From the NCBI GenBank assembly GCA_964016885.1, contig OZ024740.1:362700001-362764000 (forward strand): a stretch of DNA of 64,000 nucleotides, written 5' to 3'. Each line of letters begins with the position of its first letter. The first letter of the stretch is position 1. This DNA is from Eledone cirrhosa (lineage: Eukaryota). The translations under genes and the position numbers were made by a program. The notes under the pieces were generated by a model. The model was not told the origin of the DNA. It saw nothing but the letters and a program-made list of their open reading frames with translations, and ran no database searches. Shown here piece by piece: positions 53,085-64,000 of this stretch.

Positions 53085-54578
53085 TTCTTCTGGTTTTATA
53101 ATTTCATAAATTTTTTCCCAATAGAGAGAGTCGCTTTCTAACATAGATACATGACTCTCTCATTGGAATTTACACAACATCAACTAGGTAGATTATGTAT
53201 GCATGCATGAATGTGTAGATATGGATGTTATTGAATGTGTATGTTTTGAGTTGTATGTGTGCATGTGTATATGCTTTGTATCTGTACATGTGTATATGCA
53301 GTTATTAGATGCAAAATCTTTGGAATGTTTTACATATTTTTACTGGATTGTACTTGTAATTTCCTAACTAGTTGTGTTCTTTCTATTCCTGTGAAGCCTA
53401 GCTTCTCAGGATTTGTATTGAGGCAGTTACTACATACCCCAATGTCCCAATAATCACATGCATAAATCTGAAGGTGTAATCAGGGTGGAGTATCTGCAGA
53501 TTTCTCATCAGTTCTGCATAAATATTCTCCTTTTCGCTAATCTTTGATATTATATTGGCATCTGCTGGGCAGCTAATTTCCACTACTGTGCATGCTTTCT
53601 TCTCCCTGTCCCATATCATAATATCTGGTCTATTATGCCTGTATTTTATTGGTTTTTTTACTGGAACATTCCACGAGGACTCTTTCATATTATGTACATG
53701 GATGTCTTCCACATTACTGTAGCTTTTAATGTGTTTATTATCGGGGCTATCTTTTTTACGAACTGCATTGTACAGTGTTTTGGACACTACATCATGCCTC
53801 ATAGGTAGATAGTACCGCGATGACATCTTTGGACAGCTGCTGATGACATGGGTGATATCCTCGATGTTGGTTCTGCAGAGTCTGCACTTGTTATCACATC
53901 TAGGTGTTTTGCCTGCATCCCTATCTCTTTTCTGAATCAGGTATTTCGTATTAATCTCCCGTTCTTGGATTGCAAAAACGTATCCTTCAAAGTAGGCGCC
54001 AATATAGCGATTGTTGGTCCAAGATAGACTTCTTTCCTTATCTATATTACTCTCACTCTGGAGCTTCCTGGCAACATATCCATGCATGCTTTTTTGCTGA
54101 TAAGTATGCAGTTTTTCATCAATGGATTCACTGCGATACTGCTGAGCGACTTCCCTGGGTGTGAGTTTTTGATTATCACACAGGGAATATCTCTCGAGGA
54201 GTTCCTTCCCAACTCTCATGAACTTATCTGTTTCATGCAGATAGACTTGCTCGAGAAACGGAGTCCTACGCTTCGAGGTTCGTAGATGTTGTCGGAGAGA
54301 TATGATGCGACATTCATATGTTGTCTGGACTGATGTTAGGCCTCTGCCTCCCTGCTTACGTTGCAAGAAAAGGCGGTCTATGTCACTGTTGATGTGGAAG
54401 TTTCCTGTGTTGTTTAATATTTTTCGAATTCCAACATCAACTGCTCGGATTTCGTCTATCGTCCAATTGAGTATTCCAAACGTTGGTGTTAGGACAGACA
54501 CAGCAAACACATTATGAGCCACTGTTTTGTTTTGCACAGAGAGTTCCGATGAGCAAATCTTTCTTAATCGGGTGTAGT
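53085..54578 (-). mobile_element. 5'-truncated R4/Dong-type LINE (CCHC knuckle + restriction-like endonuclease) in (CATA)n
   Basis: ORF 53398-54537: RLFLQRKQGGRGL, CRLC..EDITHVISSC, RHD, RPDIMIWD..VVEISCP. Confidence 0.88.
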
Positions 54579-54593
54579 ATGTATGTATGTATG

Positions 54594-55430
54594 TTCTTCT
54601 GGTTTTATAATTTCACAAAGTTTTACCAATAGAGAGAGAGAGTCGGTTTCTAACATAGATACAAGACTCTCTCATTGGAATTTACACAACATCGACTAGG
54701 TAGATATGTATGTATGCATGCATGTGTAGATACGGATGTTATTGTATGTGTGGATGTGGATGTTTTGAGTTGCATGTGTGCATGTGTATAAGCTTTGCAT
54801 CTGTACATGTGTATATGCAGTTATTAGATGCAAAACTTTTGGAATCTTTTAGATATTTTTACTGTTCCATTAATGGATTGTACTTGTAATTTCCTAACTA
54901 GTTGTGTTCTTTCTGTTCCTGTGAAGCCTAGCTTCTCAGGATTTGTATTGAGGCAGTTACTAACATATCCCAGTGTCCCAATAATCACAGGCATAAATCT
55001 GAAGGTGTAATCAGGGTGGAGTATCTGCAGATTTCTCATCAGTTCTGCATAAATATTCTCTTTTTCACTAATCTTTGCTATTATATTGGCATCTGCTGGG
55101 CAGCTAATTTCCACTACTGTGCATGCTTTCTTCTCCCTGTCCCATATCAAAATATCTGGTCTGTTAGGCCTGCATTTTATTGTGGTTTTTACTGGAACAT
55201 TCCACCAGTACTCTTTCATATTATGTACATGGACGTCTTCCACATTGCTGTAGCTTTTAATGTGTTTATTATCGGTGCTATTCTTTTTACGAACTGCATT
55301 GTACAGTGTTTTGGACACTACCTCATGCCTCATAGGTAGATAGTACCGCGATGACATCTTTGGACAGCTGCTGATGACATGGGTGATATCCTCGATGTTA
55401 ATTCTGCAGAGTCTGCACTTGTTATCACAT
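54594..55430 (-). mobile_element. Second 5'-truncated R4/Dong-type LINE copy
   Basis: ORF 54824-55453 with the same CCHC/RLE motifs. Same 3' terminus aaaaccagaagaac followed by (ATAC)n. Confidence 0.88.
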
Positions 55431-55440
55431 GTATGTGATG

Positions 55441-55883
55441 TCTTAAGAGTCAATGGCCATCCAAAATCACCGGGAGAGATGACCCCTTAGCCTTTATCAA
55501 GGCAGAATTCTAGGAGAAGGAAAACTCTGATATAACACCTGCAACCCTGATGGTAGCCAATGATGTTGACTTATTCTTCTTTTTGGTAAATATCATCTTG
55601 GGTTAAGAGAGTGGGACTGGCTTTGTGCAGTGCCTTTGCTCACTGTAAAAGCTTCACGGCACAGGCATTGCTTTATATCTGGAGATCTCTCTACACTTGT
55701 CGTCACATGGTACCAAGGGCCCAACACTATGTGTCAATAATTGTCACAGGTGTAGTGTTTGTACCAGAGTTTTCAAGTCGCTGGCTGGACTGAAAAGTCA
55801 CACTCGTTTAGCGCAACAGTAGGGGTTCTCCTACATGGATATAAAGTAGTGGTCGTACTCGAAAACGAGTTGGCAGCCACCAT
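55441..55883 (+). mobile_element. Bipartite RTE-derived element (5' truncated)
   Basis: Near-identical to 52442-52883. Confidence 0.85.
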
Positions 55884-55964
55884 GTATGTATGTATGTATG
55901 TTTGTATGTATGTATGTATGTATGTATGTATGTATGTATGTATGTATGTATGTATGTATGTATG

Positions 55965-56890
55965 TGGGAAGCACTGTCAATCGATACAGCAACCTTGACA
56001 ATGCAATCTCACTTAGGATTAGGAAAGCAAGTGATGCTTTTGGAAAGCTAGAAAGGCGACTCTTGGGTCGGCGAGACATATGCAGGAGGACAAAGGTAAA
56101 GGTGTACAAGGTATGTGTTCTCTCTTGTCTTCTTTATGCCTGCGAGACCTGGGTCACATATCGGCACCACCTTAGGCAATTGGAGCGTTTCCATCAGATG
56201 TGTCTCAGACGGATTCGTGGCGTTCACTGGAGGGACCACATCAGTGATGTCGAGATTATGGAAAGCTCTATGTGTGACAGTATAGAAGCTCTAGTGCTTA
56301 AGCAACGACTCCGTTGGAGTGGTCACCTTGCCAGGATGAAGGATTCTAGAATACCAAAACAACTCTTTTATGGAGAGTTGGTTAAAGGAAAACGACCGCC
56401 ACATAAACCAAAAATAGGTATAAGGATTCCTTGAAAGCCTCTTTGAAAGACGCTAACATCTCTACTGATACATGGGAAAACATTGCTGCTGATCGTAATA
56501 AATGGAGAAAGACTGTATATGAGGGAAAAGTTGCCTTTGAGGCATCTCGAATTGCATACGAGAAAGTAAAGCGGGATGTGAGGAAGGGCATTGCTGTTGC
56601 ACTTCCAGACGGCGAGGGTCCTCCTATGGTGCTGACATGCAGCGTCTGTGCGAGACTCTGCCTAAGCAAAGCTGGACTAGAAAGTCATCTTCGCAGTCAT
56701 AAAGTAAGACCAGTGGTTGACTATCAGGCTGCTGTTGGAGATGCTACTCATCATGCTTGCCAAACATGTGGTAGAGAATGCAAATCAGCAGGAGGGCTCA
56801 AGCGACATGCAAAAGTACATGAACTCCAACCACAGCCGGCTATTCCCAGTGAATGTTTTGGTTGCCGACTCTGTGCAAGACATTTTATAT
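55965..56890 (+). mobile_element. RTE-clade LINE C-terminal fragment with tandem C2H2 zinc fingers
   Basis: LLYACETW..LERFHQMCLRRI..LRWSGHLARM..RIPKQLFYGEL, a frameshift, then CSVC..HLRSH, CQTC..HAKVH and CRLC. Confidence 0.88.
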
Positions 56891-56892
56891 CA

Positions 56893-57246
56893 TCTGATAT
56901 AACACCTGCAACCTTGATGGTATCCAATGATGTTGACTTGTTCTTTTTTTTGGTAAATATCATCTTGGTGAAGAGAGTGGGACTGGCTTTGTGCAGTGCC
57001 TTTTCTCACTATAAAAGCTTCACGGCACAGGCATTGCTTTATATCTGGAGATCTCTCTGCACTTGTCGTCACGTGGTACATGGGCCCAGCACTATGTGTC
57101 AATAATTGTCACAAGTGTAGTGTTTGTACCAGAGTTTTCATGTCGCAGGCTGGACTAAAATGTCACTCGTTCAGCGCATCGGTAGGGTTTCTCCTACATG
57201 GATATAAAGTAGTGGCCATACTCGAAAATGAGTTGGCAGCCACCAT
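56893..57246 (+). mobile_element. Bipartite RTE-derived element (5' truncated)
   Basis: Near-identical to 52528-52883. Confidence 0.85.
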
Positions 57247-57624
57247 GTATGTATGTATGTGAGTGTTTATGTATATAAACTTAAAGTATACGTAAAAATA
57301 TAACGTACGTCCACTTCATATGTTTCAATCGAAATATATATATTTATGATAGTGAAAGAAGCCACAGAATATCAGGTTCGAACAGAAAATTTCTTTTTCA
57401 GGTGCATAGTATTAATCTATATATATTAAAACTCGAAACTGATATTCTGGGATTTCTTACATGTAAACATTATATGAAAATTAATCAACTTCAAAAATAC
57501 CACTAAAGACAGCTCGACAGTATTTATCCCTGAATACTGAAGCTCATGGTTTAAAATCTTAAGAATAAATAAATAGATATAACGTGGTATATTTACCCCA
57601 CCCCACCCCTCTCTCTCTTTCTTT

Positions 57625-57668
<44 letters not shown>

Positions 57669-57887
57669 GCACACATATATATTTATAGATACCCATATGT
57701 ATGTGTATGTGTGCAACTATGTATGCGTACGATAAAGGCACCGAAATGGCAGAGTAGTTAGAACGTTGGAAAACAAGTGTGTTGCGGTATTCGTTCTGGT
57801 GCTCTGAGGTCAAATTCCGTTGGTATCCTCTTCCCTTTTCATTGTGTCGAGGTAGATAAATAAAACACAAATCCTATACTGGGAGTC

Positions 57888-57959
<72 letters not shown>

Positions 57960-58339
57960 GAAAGAGGTTTGTTGTGTTCCGACATTAGGACTAGAGAGTT
58001 ACAAATAAATATGTGCTGTGTCTTTATGTATCTTTCTGTATATTTGTATTAGGGTTGTACATGTTTATACGTATGATATGTATCTATGAGTTTAATTGCT
58101 TTAAACCACTGCGATTTCCAACGGGGCTGGAACACCACTTGTGCCGTTTTCTTACTGTTTATAGTTCTGGTATGTGTACATGTATATTTGTAATTGGTAA
58201 ATACGCATGGCTTTGTGGCTAGGGTGTAAGCTCATAATCGTAAGGTCAGCAGTACGATTCTCGGCTGTGAGATGTGTCTAAGACACTTTATGATATAAAC
58301 TTATATAATTCATCTAGTATCATCAATAACAAAAAAAAA

Positions 58340-60050
58340 AAAATCATGTACAACCCTATCAACTCCAACTAAATGGGCAAACGAAAATAGTCAACAATTT
58401 TATCCCTTTAAAACACAATTGATTCATTTTCACAATCCAGAACCGTTCAATTATCAATGTGATGAAACATTTAATTAACCAGCTACTAACGCTGCAAAAA
58501 TCCATAAAGATCTTCAGTATTTGGTTACAAACTGATCTGAAATGAAAACTCATCTTAATTATTTTTGGAAAATTATTGCTTTAATATGGCAAAGAAATAT
58601 CACTAATTAACATATAAACACTTAAGATTATATAAAGGGTCATAAACGCTTAGTTTTTGTATGACTGCTGAGTATAGGGAGGTACAAGCACCAGTTATCT
58701 TCAAGCCACCGACAAATTTAGCTCTCAAATAAAGAAAACTATATTCGATTCTCTAAGATCTATACCCCACATAGCTATTTTTCATGAAGCCTGCTTCATC
58801 GATTGATAGAAAACTCTAAGAAGCGTACATTGCTTACTGCTCAGTTTAAAGCGAAAATAATACGACATGATATTTGGCTTCTTTTATGGGTAGAACAATT
58901 AAAATCGTTCCAAATAACAATTAAAAACCCCAAAGAGGATATGAAGAGTACCATAACAATAACACACAGCCAAACCGCTTTAACAACTACGTCAGTTATA
59001 CAGACGGGACACATTAAAACAATGGTGTAGTGTGTGGAGCTACTTGGTTTTTCCAAAATAATAAAAGATATGAGCTTCAAATTATACCTGGAGTTCACAA
59101 TATTTGATGCAGTGTAGTGTGAAATGATACTACCCATAGAGTAAGCTACAGAATTCCCACGGGGAAAATGTTTCCTATTTACTGATAATTTATCGAATCT
59201 AGAAATGCTTCAATCAAGCAAAAGAGATTGGGGTATAGGTATTGGGAATGTTCTGCTAAGAATAGATAACTATGTCTCAGAAAATAATATACAAATAAAA
59301 GTGATTTGGATAGGTCATACAGATATTAGAGAAACAGGAAAGTAGATGAATTAGCAAACGCGAGAGCACAACGCGAAATAATAGATATAGACTACATTCC
59401 AAATCTATCGGAAGTCAAATCATTGAGCAAAACCATAATTAGTCAAGTGTGGGAAACTGTTTGGGGAAAATCTAGAGACAAATTCTCAAATTTCAATTCT
59501 CCATTGTTTAAGACAGATCTTTCCATGTTAAAAACCTATCAAACACCGAATAATGTTAATAAACAAATGTTATGTTGGCTCCGAACTATATTCTATCACG
59601 AACAGGTCGTATAGAAGCACTTATGTTCTTGTGAAAACTACCTAGAAACTCTATGGTACTGTTAGTTACAATGTAAAAACTACCAGTCGGAGAGAGAGCA
59701 CATCTTGAAGCTGGTCATCAAAAAACTACCAAGATTGGAGGTGTGATATATTGTCAAGGATCTATCAAACATAAACAAGATCTTTTAATTCATGGAAGCT
59801 ATGAAATGATTCAACATCAGAAATTTTTAGCTGCTTTATGGTTGTCCTTGTTTTGTATCTTTTTCTTATTTTTGTTTCTTTTGCCTACATTTGTTCTTCT
59901 CTTTCTTTGCTTTGTTCTCTCTCTGTCTCTCTCTTTTTTTTTTTTTTTTTAATTGTAAGAGGTATTAGATACCTCTCCTAATCTGTTATAACTTACTAAC
60001 TGGATACGGGCGTTTAAAATGATTACAAATTTGAATAAATAAATAAATTT
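58340..60050 (+). mobile_element. Highly degenerate I-group LINE 3' portion with RNase H relic
   Basis: Fragments YTDG (~58998), TIFDA (~59097), FTDNLS (~59178) and WIGHTDIR..KVDELA (~59306-59356) in RNase H order, and a (TAAA)n tail at about 60034. Confidence 0.5.
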
Positions 60051-62317
60051 AAGAATTCACTCAAAATTCTTCATTAATTAATTGAAACTGTACTTTCTTA
60101 GAAATTTAGTCACAAAGGCGTTAAAGAAATCTTCTTGATATAATTATATAAGAAAAATATTTGTGATTCAGTTTGAATGTATGTATTAGACGTTTATCAC
60201 AAACTTTACGTAAGAATTCCAGAAACAATAAACAATATATATATATGAGTAGGTATATATATATATCTTTTCATCTTTCAGTAAGTTTACACATCCTTGT
60301 TGTTGGATCTTCCTCAATTTCAACAGCAAGTGTTCCAGATTTTCGAACATCGGTGAAATTAACGTATACGTGGCTAGCGAGATTCAGTGTGACACAATGT
60401 GAGCCAAATCTGGCCCTTTAAATAAGAGGTAAAATTCATTTTTAGAGCAATTTGAAATAAAGTGCCTTGCTCAAGGACACCGCACACTATTAAGCTACAT
60501 TTATATGCTTGTAAGAGCATGTATGCTTGGAGAAACAGTGCTTAAACCTTTTACAGGCAGTTGTAATAATGTGTCGGATTGATAAGAAAAAGAAATGCAA
60601 TTTCAGCTGCCTCTAGTATTTACCATAGAGACTGCATCGGAAATGTAGATTAAGAAAATGCACGTTGTATAAGATACAGAACTCAAACGTTGTCCACATG
60701 TCGGTATTTGCACGGATCATCGTTACACGAAGTATTGAGAAGAACTGGTAGAACAAATATGTATTTTGGATAAAAAAAACTTATCAAATATTTATCTCAA
60801 TTCGGTGGTTAATACGATAGTTTCGATAAAGTAAGGACTCCTTGAGGTATCTAGTTGTATCTCATAATATTCTGAGTTCAAATTCCCTCAGCGTCTTATA
60901 TTTCATTTTTCCACTATTGAAGTTCCGTGTTCATTAATATAAATACTAGTCATGTACTGAGATTGATATAATCACCTGTTCCTTAACATATACCAGCAAT
61001 TATTATTAATATATTTTACATAAATAGTTGGTTTTTATTTTTTTAAATCACATGAAGGAAACAGTTGCAAGAAAGAATTTATTTAGCAGTTTACCAGCTC
61101 AAAATATGAAGATATTTGCAAAACAAACATTTCTATATTTCCGTTTTTCGTAGTATATAAAACCAACAATTATTTAAAATTTATTAGCAGTTAATTTAAG
61201 ATCGAACATAGAATACATACTTTATAGTCCGGTATGAAAACACAAACTAAACATGTGCTTAGATTAACATGATGCAAAGAATGTCGATATCCCTGTAAAA
61301 ATACTACAGGCCTGAAATTACAAATGCGTGCTCATCAAATGGAACAACGTTGGGGAATTTTTTCTGCTGAAACCCACCAACCAGTTATAACCTGGAAAGT
61401 GATTTTGCTTTGTCTTCTATTGAACACTCAAAGGTCGTTTTCTATAGGAGACGCCATCATGTATATGGACGTCTCCGTTTGTGTTTGTGTTTATGTCCCA
61501 TAAATTAGCGGTTGAACAAAGCATAATCGGTAAAATAAGCACCAGACTTGAAAAAACGATAAGTACTGTGGTCGATATGATTAACTAAATCAAGACAGTG
61601 CTTTAGCATGGCCGCAGTCTGATGATTAAAACTAGTAAAAATATAAAAGAATAGGTATCTTCAAACTACAGTAACATTTTTAGTAACTAAAATATCTGTT
61701 CTTTCATCTCACTCATGATAGAAAACTTTTGTATCTTGCAGATATCCGTTATGACTAGTTTTTCGTGAAAAGCACACGAAAGTTTCCATAGATAATCTTT
61801 CAGCAACCTTACTCTGCGAGATTCTCTTTTATATATTGTCAGACGATTATCAATGTTTGCAAACGGAATGCTACGTTCAACAATATTATATGACCAGCAT
61901 TAAGCCAGTTTACTTTCCATTGTTAGATCTGCCTCTCACCCTCTCCCACACACACTTTTTCTCTCTCTCTCTCGCTCTCTCTCTCTTTCTCTCTTTAGGC
62001 TTGTTTTCGCCATGACTTGAGTAACATTCCAACACAGGGTTCAGCCATATCAAGATATCTTTTTTGATTTTACTGAAATGTTGTTTTTCATTAACATAGA
62101 ATAATTTGTATTTATAGTAGCTAGCTTCTTTATTGTTTTCATCTTTCCCTAAAATCGAGATTTTGCAGCCATTATTCCTTGAATGATACTATTTACCACT
62201 AACGCAACCCCGTTTTTTTTTTTAGTAGGAGAGATTGTATTTTGTTACTCATTAAAATGAAGCTACACACACACATATATATTTACGTATGTATGTGTGT
62301 ATGTGTGTAGTATGTAT

Positions 62318-62539
62318 GTCGGGTCACTCTTGAGTGGTACTGGTAACATGTAACCCAGTACAACCTGTCACACGGTCGGGTCGTCGGCAACTAAACCGGC
62401 AACCCCACCAAGTTTACTTGGTGAGGAGGGTGATTTTGGACACCCTGCAGGACAAGAAACAAAACCTGACAAAGGGTGGAAGAATTCATAAGAGTCAACG
62501 GCCATCCAAAAATGTGTAAATATGTATATACATGTATGC

Positions 62540-62589
<50 letters not shown>

Positions 62590-62930
62590 GTGTATGTATA
62601 TGCGCGGGGACGTAGAAATAATCGGGCTAGATACCCGATAGCGCGCTTAAACCACTGGGTGTGAAGGACCCTGCCTTTTTCAGGGCATTCTTCTAGGAGA
62701 AGGCAACTCAGGAAACTGGGATAACTCCGATATAAAACCTGCGGCTCAGTAGTTACCGATGATGTTGATCTTTTCTTCTTTTCGGGTTATAGCTACTGTC
62801 GCCCAGAGAGTGGGTTTGGCTTTAAAAAAAATATTCACGTGCAGGCATTGAACGATAGAATTAATTAATAATTATTAATAATGTTATATCGTGCAATTAC
62901 CATACTCGATAACGAGGGGGCTGCCATCAT
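62318..62930 (+). mobile_element. Second bipartite RTE-derived element type (same structured 5' leader, different 3' end), split by microsatellite
   Basis: 62318-62510 is homologous to 52274-52465. The 3' end ctcgataacgagggggctgccatcat also occurs reversed at 19498-19620. Confidence 0.65.
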
Positions 62931-63439
62931 ATATGTATGTATGTGTGTAAATGTGTGTCTGTGTGTGTATATATATATATATATGTATATAATATATAGT
63001 CAGATATCATAGATAAAAGTAGCTTTTCTTTTTGGCGTAGCAAATGACGATAGGTAACTCTCGGGTCTCGAATAATCGCCCCCCAACGCTTATTAATTTT
63101 TCAGATTTCTTATTCCAACCACCCAGCTTATTAAATTTCACTAATCTATCTCCAGATAAATTTTATTTCAAGTGATAGGATTCCTGTAACATTTAAATTT
63201 CTTTAGACATTAAAAAACATTATACATGACAAAAAAAAAGAACATTACAAAAAAATCACATAAGTTATGAAATAAATAGGATGGGTTAGGGTCTTAATAT
63301 GTAAACTAAACGACTAATTCTGGCTTTAAAAAATCAAGGGAAACAACTTAGAAAAATAAAGCATAGTCTTTGGTAGTTTGAGAAAGTATCAGATTAGTGA
63401 CTGGCGCGAATAGGACCACCAAACTACAATATGGTGAGA

Positions 63440-64000
63440 GATAATAAAAAGAACCATACCGCATCGTCCTTCGTATGGTTTAATAAGAGATGCATTCAGG
63501 CTTTAGGTAGAGGGCTCTGTTCGAAAAATATATTACAGTCTTCACTACGTGCCATAAAAAAACTGGCATGGGCTTGCGGCCTGTCCTGGGAGGCGTGGGA
63601 TGGACGCACAACTATTGCATATACTGAGACCTCAAAGAGAGTTCGGAAGGAAACAGTGCTTGACAATTGAAACCTGGAATATCACAACCCTTACAGGTAA
63701 GGAGCAATAACTAGTAGACAACGGTAGATGCTACCAGCTAGATATAGTCCAGCTTTACTCAACAAAGTTCTGTGGCTTTGGTACTGTAGATTTGAATGGT
63801 GGATGGAAACTCTACTATTCAAGTTTGGCGCCAGAAATGACTATACAGGCGGGAATGGGGATACTCACAAACACTCGGCTGTGTTATGGACTGGTTACCA
63901 TTAGGAGGGAGAATTTGCCTCTTGAAGCTTAAGCTGAAAGATAAGTCACTGTGGGTGGTGCAAGTTTATGCACCAAACCAGGATTCCGAATAGAGATCTT
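63440..64000 (+). mobile_element. RTE (Expander-like) LINE 5' region, degenerate AP endonuclease, runs off the window
   Basis: Frame reads LTIETWNITTLTGKEQ*LVD...YQLDIV..STK..G...LNGGWKLYYS...QAGMGIL, followed later by VQVYAPN. Confidence 0.75.

Overview
Eukaryotic, AT-rich, repeat-saturated DNA with no recognisable host gene. The SINE families and the (TA)n/(CA)n/(TATG)n microsatellites point to an octopus/cephalopod genome (inference from recall). Most ORFs in the track are microsatellite artefacts. The real coding remnants are all transposons: three Penelope-like elements (RT-thumb/GIY-YIG, two of them Naiad-like), a near-intact CR1-clade LINE, RTE fragments, R4/Dong-type RLE LINE 3' ends, an I-group RNase H relic and a DD37D (maT) Tc1/mariner. 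Also present are Helitron-like and hAT non-autonomous elements and many SINEs. The main unexplained signal is about 20 type I hammerhead ribozyme motifs (intact, U3-A8 variant, degenerate or split), belonging to roughly a dozen sequence families. Most sit in non-coding 430-700 bp units inserted into (TA)n tracts. These units occur as greater-than-unit-length, circularly permuted direct repeats and/or tail-out inverted pairs, which fits a diverse retrozyme-like circular-RNA system probably mobilised by the co-located Penelope-like elements. All folds were made by eye, and element boundaries are approximate to a few bases.
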